The notes under the pieces were generated by a model. The model was not told where the DNA came from and made no database searches. It saw only the letters and a program-made list of their open reading frames with translations. The translations under genes were made by a program, and so were the position numbers. From the sequence record MZ443771.1: a stretch of 64,000 bases of DNA; one strand, given 5' to 3'. Positions 41,669 to 50,647 of this stretch are shown piece after piece; position 1 is the stretch's first letter; every line of letters begins with the position of its first letter.

Positions 41669-42184
41669 ATGAGTTACTCTTTCGTTGTTGAGTGGAATAT
41701 CCGACTCAAGGCAGATACGCCTAAAGAAGTTATCAGCATGTTGAAGCAGTGGCACAATAACCCGCACGGCTTTGACGATTTTCTGCATCTGGGCATTGAC
41801 GTAAGTGCAGCGTTGGGTTGTCGTGACAGCGAAGGCTTCGCTAGCGTTGTTCCTGACAGAAACTTCATTCACGGTTCCGGTGTAGTTACCTGCATTCGCA
41901 CCTGCTCAAACTTCTCGCGCCGCTCTCAAGGTACAGACCGTCTTGTTGGTTTCATCAACTGGCTTGAGCCGTACATCGACCATCGTGATGACGTTATTGG
42001 TATCATGCGAGGCGAAGACGATCTGTATAACATTCATGATGACCGCGTGAACATGTGGTCCGATGAACCACAAACGCCTACCGAAACCTACTACGAAATT
42101 CGCGTAGTCAACAACCATGCCCAGATCAAATACGTGCGTGGTGATCTCTATAACCTCTACCCGTGGGTACAACATGCTTACTAA
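41669..42184 (+). CDS. hypothetical protein
   Basis: Coupled start. Confidence 0.7.
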   Translation: MSYSFVVEWNIRLKADTPKEVISMLKQWHNNPHGFDDFLHLGIDVSAALGCRDSEGFASVVPDRNFIHGSGVVTCIRTCSNFSRRSQGTDRLVGFINWLEPYIDHRDDVIGIMRGEDDLYNIHDDRVNMWSDEPQTPTETYYEIRVVNNHAQIKYVRGDLYNLYPWVQHAY

Positions 42185-42848
42185 CATTGCACGTCTTGTC
42201 GCTACACAAGCTCATCACGGCCAAGTACGCAAGTACACTAACGAGCCTTACATCAATCACCCGCTGCGTGTTGCACATTGGTTGTCGCAATTTAACGTGG
42301 GTGAACTGATCGAAGCTGGCGCTATCTGTCACGATGTTATCGAAGACACAGGCGTTACGCACGGTACGTTGGAACTGACTGTCGGCACTCAGGTTGCTGA
42401 TCTGGTACTTGAAGTAACCAACAACGAATACCCTGAAGGTACGCCGCGCGTTGAGAAGTTCTGGGGCAACGTCATCAAACTGCTGCAAGCCAGCCATCAG
42501 GCACAAACGCTGAAATGCGGCGACTGCTACGACAACTGCAAAGACGTGTATGAGCTGGACCCGTCGTATGCTGCGCGTTACATCGCAGAGAAGTTCTTCA
42601 TGATCCGCATGTTCACTCGCGCTCAGGGTGACGTTCGTGCCGCAGTGCTGCAACTACTGTCCGATATCTATAATAAAATGTCTGACGGTCATCGCATCTA
42701 CTGTCTGGAGTACATGCAGCGTCTGGAACGCGAATGCCCGGACAGCCTGTTAATCCACTTCCACAACGCACTGGCGGAAGCCCAGAACTACAACGGCTAC
42801 ACTCTGCGCATCGGTGATAATCATGGAACTGAAACTGCCGCCGTTTAA
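42174..42848 (+). CDS. HD-domain phosphohydrolase, SpoT/Mesh1-like
   Basis: AHHGQVRKYTNEPYINHPLRVA, HDVIEDT, V..LVLEVT, KCGDCYDN. Confidence 0.85.
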   Translation: MLTNIARLVATQAHHGQVRKYTNEPYINHPLRVAHWLSQFNVGELIEAGAICHDVIEDTGVTHGTLELTVGTQVADLVLEVTNNEYPEGTPRVEKFWGNVIKLLQASHQAQTLKCGDCYDNCKDVYELDPSYAARYIAEKFFMIRMFTRAQGDVRAAVLQLLSDIYNKMSDGHRIYCLEYMQRLERECPDSLLIHFHNALAEAQNYNGYTLRIGDNHGTETAAV

Positions 42849-43197
42849 AACTCGTAGCGTGTTGGTTGAGAATATGGAAATCAAAAACAAACACGCTAAT
42901 GCAGTTTTGACTGTCAGTGAAACAAGCTGGTGGGGCTTTCGCAAACGTCATCTGCGAGTGAGGATGAAGTGTGATAAAATCACTCGAAAAGAGCCTGAGT
43001 GGTTCGCACTTGTTGAGTGGACTGACGGCTTTATTTACATGCCTATCTGCGACGATCATGAAGTCCTGACAGTAGCAACCAATACACTACGCGATATGCG
43101 CAACATGAACATGACACACTTTGATCAGTTGCTTGCGCATCGCCTTACTATTCACATGAGGAAGAATCATGGCCGCCTTATCTCTGCACCTGTTTGA
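42823..43197 (+). CDS. hypothetical protein
   Basis: ORF in the gene chain. Confidence 0.6.
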   Translation: MELKLPPFKTRSVLVENMEIKNKHANAVLTVSETSWWGFRKRHLRVRMKCDKITRKEPEWFALVEWTDGFIYMPICDDHEVLTVATNTLRDMRNMNMTHFDQLLAHRLTIHMRKNHGRLISAPV

Positions 43198-43552
43198 GAA
43201 CGTAGTGAACGAGCAAGAGTTTGCTGAACGCCGCTTTCATAAAAGCATTATGCTGATGAAAAGCGCTACGCCGAATAGCGTGTGCGTCAAAGAAGCCGTA
43301 CCACAGACTTTCGCCGTGTACGAAGTGGGTGATACCCGCACGTATGCTGCAACTGTCGGTACGCACCTGCCTGAGCATTTGCAGCAAGCAATGAACCTTG
43401 AGCCAGTGCGTGTGTGGCAATTGGTTCGTCGTGGTGACGATGTATTCTTTGTAGGCGAAAGCTCCGAAGCAATCGTTGCTGAAAACGTTGTACCTGCTGA
43501 GATTCTTGTTGAGGGAGGCCAAGATGCAGAGCGTTGCTGGGCAGCCCGTTGA
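43169..43552 (+). CDS. hypothetical protein
   Basis: RBS gagga. Confidence 0.65.
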   Translation: MAALSLHLFENVVNEQEFAERRFHKSIMLMKSATPNSVCVKEAVPQTFAVYEVGDTRTYAATVGTHLPEHLQQAMNLEPVRVWQLVRRGDDVFFVGESSEAIVAENVVPAEILVEGGQDAERCWAAR

Positions 43553-44204
43553 GTTAACCGCTAAAGACGTTGAAGCATATTGGAGGGGACGTGCCTACAT
43601 TGAAGCTGCGCGACTTGCGCACGAAAGCCATGAAGACCCTACGGCGCACACTCTCAGTCATGCAGAGATCGCTCCGTTTTTAGATCAGGGTAATGCGATC
43701 ATCGAACCGCTGCGTGAACAGCATGAGCAACAACAGGCGGATGCTCAGTTCGAGCACTCTCTGCCTGATGCTGTCTTCGAAGAGGGCAACACGCTTGAGC
43801 CGCGTTTCGTTATCTTGCTTGCGCTTATGCTTGACAGTGAGAAGCAGGTTGGCGGTAAGACGCTGCGAGCTATGGCTGATATCTCTGCCTATGCGCGTGA
43901 CAAAAAGATCGTGTTAGTGCTTAACGGTCATGATACAGAGCTGGCGCGTCACCTTGCGCGTGAGTCAGGCTACGAAGTGAAAGAGTCTGGTCTGATTGAA
44001 GCTACGCAGGCTATCAGTGCAAAGATGCTGCGGAGAGAACAACTCACAGGCTTCTTCGAACTCGATACGCCTCGTGTGCGTAAAGAGCCTGACCCTAATC
44101 TGAAAGCTGTACGTCAGTCGCACAATCGTGTAGGCAGACATTCAGGCCACCAGCGTTTTAACGCGAAGCCTCAACGCCAGAACTTCAAAGGTCGCGGTCG
44201 TTGA
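43524..44204 (+). CDS. hypothetical protein with a basic C-terminus
   Basis: ATG 43524 after gggagg. Confidence 0.65.
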   Translation: MQSVAGQPVELTAKDVEAYWRGRAYIEAARLAHESHEDPTAHTLSHAEIAPFLDQGNAIIEPLREQHEQQQADAQFEHSLPDAVFEEGNTLEPRFVILLALMLDSEKQVGGKTLRAMADISAYARDKKIVLVLNGHDTELARHLARESGYEVKESGLIEATQAISAKMLRREQLTGFFELDTPRVRKEPDPNLKAVRQSHNRVGRHSGHQRFNAKPQRQNFKGRGR

Positions 44205-44398
44205 GCAAGTCACCATCTCTACCGCAGTCTCCACTCGATGCGGTATCAACGCGCACAAGAGTTTTTCTTGATGTGCTGAATAATGAACGTACACCAGCAG
44301 GTGAATGTATCAGCCGTGTTGTGGATGCGGAACTTGCTCAGGGGAATGGCCATGAGTATAAAAGACTGGTTGATACGGACGGAGACAATCGTCCATGA
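44201..44398 (+). CDS. small hypothetical protein
   Basis: TTG start overlapping the previous stop. Confidence 0.4.
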   Translation: MSKSPSLPQSPLDAVSTRTRVFLDVLNNERTPAGECISRVVDAELAQGNGHEYKRLVDTDGDNRP

Positions 44399-44708
44399 GA
44401 TGATTGTTAATGTCGAAGACGGTACAGCGGTAGGCTCAGTGGAAACTGTTTACTACGGACCTAAGCGTACCGGAGGCAATCGCATTCACGGCAGAAATCA
44501 GTCCTGTATGTGCCACGATATCTACCGTCGTCATTTGACGTGGGCGGATGTTAATGGCATGGACGATCTCTTGCCTAAAGACAACACTGCGAAGTCATTG
44601 AGCCGTAGACTACGCACTGAACTCAACAAACTCGTTGCAGAAGGTAAAGTAAATGGCGAGTCCATTATCAGAGATGCAAATAGGCAGCCCACTGCCGAAC
44701 ACGAGTGA
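44352..44708 (+). CDS. hypothetical protein
   Basis: ATG 44352; start uncertain. Confidence 0.6.
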   Translation: MSIKDWLIRTETIVHEMIVNVEDGTAVGSVETVYYGPKRTGGNRIHGRNQSCMCHDIYRRHLTWADVNGMDDLLPKDNTAKSLSRRLRTELNKLVAEGKVNGESIIRDANRQPTAEHE

Positions 44709-45378
44709 TCTGATCTTCAAACAGATACTCGAAGGTAACATCGAGATTCTCGATACAGTCCAAGAGCTACACGAACGCAGTCAGATAAACATGCGTAACG
44801 TTGAGTCGCTTGGGCTGGTTGCACTTAACGGTAGTTGGTGCTATACGCCTAAGTATTTGCACGAAAACAAACACGCTATCTCATACATGCTCGGTCATGT
44901 TCTGCTTGGTCCGACGCTGAACTACACCACTCTCCTGACCGAGATGACTCAGCGTGTAGAGAACGAGATGTACTACGGCCCGTTGCGTCAACTGCGCACG
45001 TTCCTGATCAATCACGATACAGTGTCCGGCAAAACTGATTTGCGTATGCCTGACGAATGGACAATTGACTTCGATGAAAGCCTGACAGTGGCAGACTTCA
45101 TGGGTGTCGTTGAAGCCTATGTGCGTGAACCGCAACGTCAGGCAATCTCGTCGTTTGTGTACGAGCACTTCTACGCAAATGGTCTGAATGACAAAAACGG
45201 TGCTGCGCGTTTCGCATTCATCGGCGGTCAGATGGTATTCGTTGCGCCTGACAGTTTTGCGCCTGGTGTTAACTACAAATACAACATGACGCGAATCATA
45301 CGCTTCATCTCACGTCCGTGGAATCACGGTCTTGACCAGAAGAATCTTCGCGCCTATCGCAGTCTCGTAAATCTGTAA
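44653..45378 (+). CDS. hypothetical protein
   Basis: RBS gaagg. Confidence 0.7.
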   Translation: MASPLSEMQIGSPLPNTSDLIFKQILEGNIEILDTVQELHERSQINMRNVESLGLVALNGSWCYTPKYLHENKHAISYMLGHVLLGPTLNYTTLLTEMTQRVENEMYYGPLRQLRTFLINHDTVSGKTDLRMPDEWTIDFDESLTVADFMGVVEAYVREPQRQAISSFVYEHFYANGLNDKNGAARFAFIGGQMVFVAPDSFAPGVNYKYNMTRIIRFISRPWNHGLDQKNLRAYRSLVNL

Positions 45379-45381
45379 ATA
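45370..45381 (+). promoter_or_regulatory. motif A (AATCTGTAAATA)
   Basis: Overlaps the upstream stop codon; about 52 nt before ATG 45433. Confidence 0.6.
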
Positions 45382-45432
45382 CTGACTGCTAAAGTTAACT
45401 GTCTCTAACTTCTCGATAGAAAGGAAAAAGTA

Positions 45433-46131
45433 ATGGTATCTAAAGTTCGTAAAGGCGGTGCTAGCGGTGATACGCTTCCTGCTGCGGGTAAACGTGTGAC
45501 TGCTCCAGTTTATAATGGCGCTGTTGCTTCGTCTGTTCCTGCTCCGGAACTGCGTACAGCCGTACCATGCAAAGGCCAATCGCTGGCGGGTGCTCTGTAT
45601 AGCCGCATCGACTCACTGCACTACGCCGTATCTTCTCTAACCGATACGCTTACCCGCATGGGCGTATACTCTGCGCCACCGGCAGCAGAAGACAAAAACA
45701 AAGAAGGCGCTGGTCAGCACGAAAACATTCTTCGTATTCTGAACGAAGATCTGAACTACGCTACCACACGCGCCGGTCAGCTTCTGATTGCGTCCATTTA
45801 TGATCGTGAAGATCCAACGGACGATGAAGAAGGCGAAGACGCAGATAAGCAACCAAGCGGTCCTATCCTGCGCACTGCATACGGTCGCTCCATCTACAAC
45901 GACTGCGAAGCACTGATCGAACGTCTGCTGATTATTCAGCGTAACGCAAACGACGTGGGCGCCTCGTTCGTAGGTGAAGGTCCCGAATCAATCTCGCGTG
46001 GCTCGCGTGTGACGGATAGCGTTCACGCGTGTGTTAGCAATCTGGCAGATCACGTCGAAGACACTATCGGCGTTCTGCATCGCATCAACGCGGACCTGGC
46101 CGCAAACATCCTGGGAGAAACTGAGCAATGA
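45433..46131 (+). CDS. helical hypothetical protein
   Basis: RBS aagga; amphipathic helices. Confidence 0.7.
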   Translation: MVSKVRKGGASGDTLPAAGKRVTAPVYNGAVASSVPAPELRTAVPCKGQSLAGALYSRIDSLHYAVSSLTDTLTRMGVYSAPPAAEDKNKEGAGQHENILRILNEDLNYATTRAGQLLIASIYDREDPTDDEEGEDADKQPSGPILRTAYGRSIYNDCEALIERLLIIQRNANDVGASFVGEGPESISRGSRVTDSVHACVSNLADHVEDTIGVLHRINADLAANILGETEQ

Positions 46132-47123
46132 TCGACTTTACCGCTGTCAAATTTGACGATGAGCGCCAGCCGTATATTGTAGAGCGTGGCGCTAAGGGCA
46201 AGTTCACTCGTCGTTACCTGGACGATGGTGAACAGCAAGCCCACAAAGAGTGGGAAGATGAACGCGTCCGTAAGCTGAACGCACAGGCAGTTGCGCCTGC
46301 ACGTGGCCAGACCAAATCGTTCCAACACGCTGACACTATTGGTACTGACCGTAGTGCAGCACGTATCGCTTCTTACCGCGGTTTCCATGAAGGCGCAACA
46401 GGTGTTGCTGGAGGCTGTGCTGGCGGTCCAATTGGCGGTGAGCCTTCTGCGATTCCACCGTCAATAGAAAGTAACGAAGACCAAACTGAAATCCCTATCG
46501 GCCAGCGCGTAGCTCGTCGCTCTGTTAACCTGATGGATAGCGTTGCGCATCTGACCAATGCTCTGTATGAGTTCGGTGCTATCGACAACTCATGTCCGGC
46601 AGATTTACGCGCACGTATCATGGATCGCTTCTCCGGCGAGTGCATCTCTGATCGTGATAATGTTATTCGTGCAGAAGACGAGCTGGAAGAACCGTACTTC
46701 TACATCGAAGGCCTGTCGCAGTACCTGTGCAATGCGTACACGCAGTCACGTACTCAGGCGCCGTTAAAAGTTGTCGGCTATCACGCAGCACCGATGATCG
46801 TTCTGGCGCAGTACCTGATGGGCCTGCTGTTCCCTGAAGGCGATATGGCACGTCGTGCTCAGTCTGGCGACATGCTTGGTCGCGGTGATGAAAACGTGTA
46901 TAGCTTGGCACTCGACCTGCTGACCGTATACAACAACATTCAGGCTGACCTGAGTCATGCCGGTAACACGCTGCTGGGCGTAACACCAGAAGAGATTGGT
47001 GAAATCACCGTAACGATCTCTGACCTGTCTCAGCTTGACGTTGTTCACTGCGTTGACGAGATGCTGGAATATCTGACCCGACGTATCGACGGTCTGACTG
47101 AACTGCTTAACGAACGTCTGTAA
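46128..47123 (+). CDS. helical hypothetical protein, possibly paralogous to the previous gene
   Basis: ATGA overlap; similar helix repeats. Confidence 0.7.
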   Translation: MIDFTAVKFDDERQPYIVERGAKGKFTRRYLDDGEQQAHKEWEDERVRKLNAQAVAPARGQTKSFQHADTIGTDRSAARIASYRGFHEGATGVAGGCAGGPIGGEPSAIPPSIESNEDQTEIPIGQRVARRSVNLMDSVAHLTNALYEFGAIDNSCPADLRARIMDRFSGECISDRDNVIRAEDELEEPYFYIEGLSQYLCNAYTQSRTQAPLKVVGYHAAPMIVLAQYLMGLLFPEGDMARRAQSGDMLGRGDENVYSLALDLLTVYNNIQADLSHAGNTLLGVTPEEIGEITVTISDLSQLDVVHCVDEMLEYLTRRIDGLTELLNERL

Positions 47124-47142
47124 AATTTGCCGTAGAAACGAC

Positions 47143-47179
47143 AAAAGGGCGACTCTCAATTACGAGGGCCGCCCTTTTT
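47143..47179. terminator. bidirectional terminator at the convergence of the two transcription units
   Basis: AAAAGGGCGACTCTC-AATTAC-GAGGGCCGCCCTTTTT, with A and T runs on both sides. Confidence 0.85.
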
Positions 47180-47181
47180 AT

Positions 47182-47646
47182 TTACAACGCCAGTCCTATT
47201 CCGATTGCCGCTGCAATGCGTGTTAACCACAACTGAAAATCTGCTGACTTCTGATCTTCAATACGTGCTTTACGCTCTGCTGCAAGATCATCAGAAAGTC
47301 CATTAGCCCTCACCTCTTCGGCTTGAGCCAAACGCAATAGCTTGTTGCGTTCATCAATAGTCAGATTAAGCACATCGAGTAACTTGTTTCGTTCTTCGGT
47401 GCGCTCTTTCCCTGCCTGATAAAGATTTATCAGATCAACCATCCCCTTGTTATCGAGCACAGCTACCTTCTTGTCGTCTACTACTTTGACAACAACACTA
47501 GGCTTAGCAGGAACGCTTTCCTTCTGCCACTCAACATGATTAATCTGCTGAATGTCCTGCATGGTTGTTTTCTTTTGTGCGTCGATGCTCGACAAGGAGC
47601 TGCAACCACAGACGAGCAAACACAGGAGTAACGTGATTATTTTCAT
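47182..47646 (-). CDS. spanin-like lipoprotein (o-spanin or u-spanin)
   Basis: Signal peptide with lipobox (LLVCG-CSS), coiled-coil body, and hydrophobic C-terminus LWLTRIAAAIGIGLAL. Confidence 0.7.
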   Translation of the reverse strand: MKIITLLLCLLVCGCSSLSSIDAQKKTTMQDIQQINHVEWQKESVPAKPSVVVKVVDDKKVAVLDNKGMVDLINLYQAGKERTEERNKLLDVLNLTIDERNKLLRLAQAEEVRANGLSDDLAAERKARIEDQKSADFQLWLTRIAAAIGIGLAL

Positions 47647-47945
47647 AGCTTATTATACCTGTCTACCAGCTCATCCATGCTGTCATCTACGGACGGAGGC
47701 TTAACATCAGTCTCAGGCTTCCGCGTGTTCAGGTCTTTCACCGCCTCGTTGACAGTCTTGCTGTCTTGGACTTGGTTCTCGATTGCTGCTTCACGCGTAT
47801 TCTCAGCGGCTTTCTGCTCACCTGTAACGGTCGATGGGCTAGTCTTAGGACGACGGAACAACAACGCCGCTACTACCAACACAACAACAGATGCGAAAAC
47901 CTTCCAGTATTTTCTAAACAACTCAATAGCCTTTGACATAATCAC
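47643..47945 (-). CDS. i-spanin (Rz-like)
   Basis: Single N-terminal TM (VFASVVVLVVAALLF), helical periplasmic domain, overlaps the lipoprotein gene. Confidence 0.65.
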   Translation of the reverse strand: MIMSKAIELFRKYWKVFASVVVLVVAALLFRRPKTSPSTVTGEQKAAENTREAAIENQVQDSKTVNEAVKDLNTRKPETDVKPPSVDDSMDELVDRYNKL

Positions 47946-47954
47946 GCACTCCCG

Positions 47955-48263
47955 CTATTCGGCTTTGTCGTCAGCCTGCTTCTGCGCTTTGGTCGTCTGC
48001 AAGTTGACGAGATTCTCAACCGTGAATGCCAAAGAGAAGTAGGTTAAATGATCGGTCTGACCGTTCATCAGTAAACCGATGAACATACCGGTAGACACGA
48101 ACACTGCGGCTATGGACGAGATTGGATTCAGCGTCCAATACTCTTTCCAGTTCAGGCCTTCTCGCTTAGTCTTGACTACATAGTTCATCAAGACGCCGCC
48201 AACGTATGAAAGAAAGAAGGCTACGATTTGAATCGTTGGCATTTGTGATAATACATCACCCAT
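47955..48263 (-). CDS. holin-like membrane protein
   Basis: 102 aa, 2-3 hydrophobic segments, charged C-terminus, upstream of the spanins. Confidence 0.55.
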   Translation of the reverse strand: MGDVLSQMPTIQIVAFFLSYVGGVLMNYVVKTKREGLNWKEYWTLNPISSIAAVFVSTGMFIGLLMNGQTDHLTYFSLAFTVENLVNLQTTKAQKQADDKAE

Positions 48264-48283
48264 GTTAATACTCCCTATTAGAC

Positions 48284-48313
48284 AAAAGAAAAGGGAGAGC
48301 CGAAGCCCTCCCT
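48284..48313 (-). terminator. Rho-independent terminator
   Basis: On the - strand: AGGGAGGGC-TTCG-GCTCTCCCT-TTTCTTTTG. Confidence 0.85.
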
Positions 48314-48318
48314 ATAGA

Positions 48319-48558
48319 TCAAAGCTGTTCAGCGGTAATCTGCCCAGCTTGATACAGTTCCCGTTTGCGCGTTTTCCACGATGAGGAAAGTTCAGAGAAG
48401 AACTCTCTCAGGCGGTCATCGTCCAGTTCAAACGGTTGTGCCACGCCATACTTCTCGCACATTGCTTCGTATGCGGTCACGTATTCCTGTTGAAGGAATG
48501 ACTTCTCAGCGCTAACGCTAACGTACTGCTGCGCTGTCAGAGCTACAGATACTTGCAT
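48319..48558 (-). CDS. small hypothetical protein
   Basis: RBS gaggatgg; flanked by its own motif B and a terminator. Confidence 0.7.
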   Translation of the reverse strand: MQVSVALTAQQYVSVSAEKSFLQQEYVTAYEAMCEKYGVAQPFELDDDRLREFFSELSSSWKTRKRELYQAGQITAEQL

Positions 48559-48579
48559 GATACCATCCTCTTATTTTGT

Positions 48580-48593
48580 ACTCGTCTAAATTA
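48580..48593 (-). promoter_or_regulatory. motif B (TAATTTAGACGAGT)
   Basis: Identical to 5327-5340; intergenic. Confidence 0.55.
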
Positions 48594-49193
48594 TCAAACG
48601 AATTTCAAAACAAGGTCGTTGATAATCACTGCTTTCGACTGGTCAGTAGGGGTGCTGCTATTCGCATACACCTTGCCGCCTTTCAGTCTGAGGTCTGCGT
48701 TCGAGTTCTCATCCCCAACAGAACATATTGCGAGGAACGCACAGCCTGCATCGTTGGTGCCTGTCTGCAAGTTGAGCGTATTCGAATATGCGCAAGCGAC
48801 GATACACCAAGTAGGCGTAGCGTCTTTGAGGAAGTAACTCGAACGATAGTCAGTGTTACTAGCAGCGGCCTTCATGTTCATAGCAGACGCAAGAAGCACA
48901 GGCACGTTGTTCGCATTGAGCGTCATCGCAGCCTTGTTACCTGCCACACCGCCAACGTAATCAGCAGCGTGGGCATTAAGCAACGGAGAGATACGCGTGT
49001 ACAATGCGTTACCACCAGCAAGCTGGGTAGCTTCGGCAAGCAGTGCCTGAACTTCTGCTTTAGTCGGCATCGTACCTGTATAGAACAGGATTGAGTTCGC
49101 AACAGTAGTGTAGTTCGTAGGAATAGCCGCAGACACCAAGCTGCTGAATGCGTTACGCATCATTGCGTTCGCAGTAGAGGGAAGCATTTTCAT
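48594..49193 (-). CDS. paralog-array virion protein, short type
   Basis: ILFYTGTMP...ATPTWC...SVGDENSNADLRL. Start reassigned to ATG 49193. Confidence 0.65.
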   Translation of the reverse strand: MKMLPSTANAMMRNAFSSLVSAAIPTNYTTVANSILFYTGTMPTKAEVQALLAEATQLAGGNALYTRISPLLNAHAADYVGGVAGNKAAMTLNANNVPVLLASAMNMKAAASNTDYRSSYFLKDATPTWCIVACAYSNTLNLQTGTNDAGCAFLAICSVGDENSNADLRLKGGKVYANSSTPTDQSKAVIINDLVLKFV

Positions 49194-49194
49194 A

Positions 49195-50103
49195 TCACAC
49201 ACCCTCCAGGATGTTATCCACGATACGAACGGTAAAATCAGAAGTAGCCATCTGACCGTACTGACCGATAGACGATACGCCGAGCACAAGGTCAGTGCCA
49301 ACATCAAGCACAAGCCCGTAGTAATCGTCCTGCACCTGACTGAGATATTGAGCAGTACCGGAAGGAATGCTCAGAGTCAGAGGCACAAGCACAACATGCG
49401 TGAATGCGGCTGTGACGAAATCGCTCGCTCGTTCTGCATAAGGCGTGAATGCCAACTGGTTATTGGTAGACGTACCGTTCATGCTCAGTCGGAGCTTACG
49501 CGCAGTGATATCCACATCGTTGATGCCAGTGACAACAGTGATGCGTGTCCACACTAACGTTGTAGGGTCCTGATACTCAAGGCGAATGTTGCCTGTATTG
49601 ATAGGCGTAGCATTCGGTACGAAGAACGAACGAAAACGCAGGGTGCGTCCGTAGTCGTACTCGACGATATCATTCGCATCATAAGATGGAGCGACACCAG
49701 TAGTGATATCAGAACAGGCTGCTAAGTTCGCCAGTACCTGCTGAGGAGTTTTGCTCCAACCGGGTGACGGGATATAGCGAGAGTATTCAGGGTAGACAGC
49801 AAACGTTGCAACAGCCTGTTTGTTCGTAGCATCGAATGCCATGCGGCCCTGACCGTACCCGCCAATCGGCATCAGACTGCGAACGCGAGAATACAGACGG
49901 CAGAGAATACCGTTCGCATCAGCAGTCTGGTTCTGGTACTTGAGTTCAACAGCGCAGCGAGAAGTCGCAATCAAGTCAGTGAGTGACTTGGGCATGTTCG
50001 CGCTACTACCGTTGCGGAAGAACGCTGCCCAGCCGCTTGAGTTTGTCGTAGTACCGGCAGTCTGTAGCAATTGATACAGCGCTTGCTTTTCAGAGACTAA
50101 CAT
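49195..50103 (-). CDS. paralog-array virion protein, long type with a discoidin-like insert
   Basis: EYDYGR...LEYQD...W...ARKLRL; C-terminal FTHVVLV...DVGTDLVL. Confidence 0.6.
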   Translation of the reverse strand: MLVSEKQALYQLLQTAGTTTNSSGWAAFFRNGSSANMPKSLTDLIATSRCAVELKYQNQTADANGILCRLYSRVRSLMPIGGYGQGRMAFDATNKQAVATFAVYPEYSRYIPSPGWSKTPQQVLANLAACSDITTGVAPSYDANDIVEYDYGRTLRFRSFFVPNATPINTGNIRLEYQDPTTLVWTRITVVTGINDVDITARKLRLSMNGTSTNNQLAFTPYAERASDFVTAAFTHVVLVPLTLSIPSGTAQYLSQVQDDYYGLVLDVGTDLVLGVSSIGQYGQMATSDFTVRIVDNILEGV

Positions 50104-50112
50104 AATGCCTCC

Positions 50113-50646
50113 TTAGAGTTTGATACGCATATCAGCTACACGTACAGGCTGACCGGCAGTAACAGTACCACCGAGAATACGCAGGTCGGCAGTTGAGTTC
50201 TCATCACCGACAGTACCTGTCATGAGTGCATAACAGTTAGTGCCCGCAACGAAGTTTGTCCATGAATCACCGGCAGAAGCAACAGAAGTCACACGCATCA
50301 GGAACCACGTTGGCGTACCGCTTGTTGCGATAGTCATCGTGTTCGGCTGGCTGCTGAACGGCAGGTTGATGATGTTGTTATCGTAGTCCATGTTCGGTAC
50401 AAACGAAGACAGTGTGGCATCACCGAGGAAGTTCGATTGCGTTGCAAATGAGGAGAGAGCAGCAGCGGACCACGTGAACATCGTGTTAGTCGTAGACAGC
50501 ATCGCTTGTAACTGATCATCAGTCGGTGGCGTACCGGAGAACAGAGCGATATGCACGGTGTTTGCAGAGGCAGCAGACCCTGGGACTAAGCGCCAGTTGA
50601 GTGCAATCATTGCTTGCAGCGAGTTAAAGGCTTTAGAAACGCGCAT
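50113..50646 (-). CDS. paralog-array virion protein, short type
   Basis: IALFSGTPP...GTPTWF...TVGDENSTADLRILGG. Confidence 0.7.
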   Translation of the reverse strand: MRVSKAFNSLQAMIALNWRLVPGSAASANTVHIALFSGTPPTDDQLQAMLSTTNTMFTWSAAALSSFATQSNFLGDATLSSFVPNMDYDNNIINLPFSSQPNTMTIATSGTPTWFLMRVTSVASAGDSWTNFVAGTNCYALMTGTVGDENSTADLRILGGTVTAGQPVRVADMRIKL

Positions 50647-50647
50647 C

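Noticed and set aside
630-47159. Many reverse-strand and alternate-frame ORFs in the track (for example 1870-2439, 9193-9807, 14925-15602, 20645-21247, 25655-26389), and + strand ORFs within 48.5-64 kb
   Set aside because: They are shadows fully overlapping well-supported genes, with no RBS or motif support.
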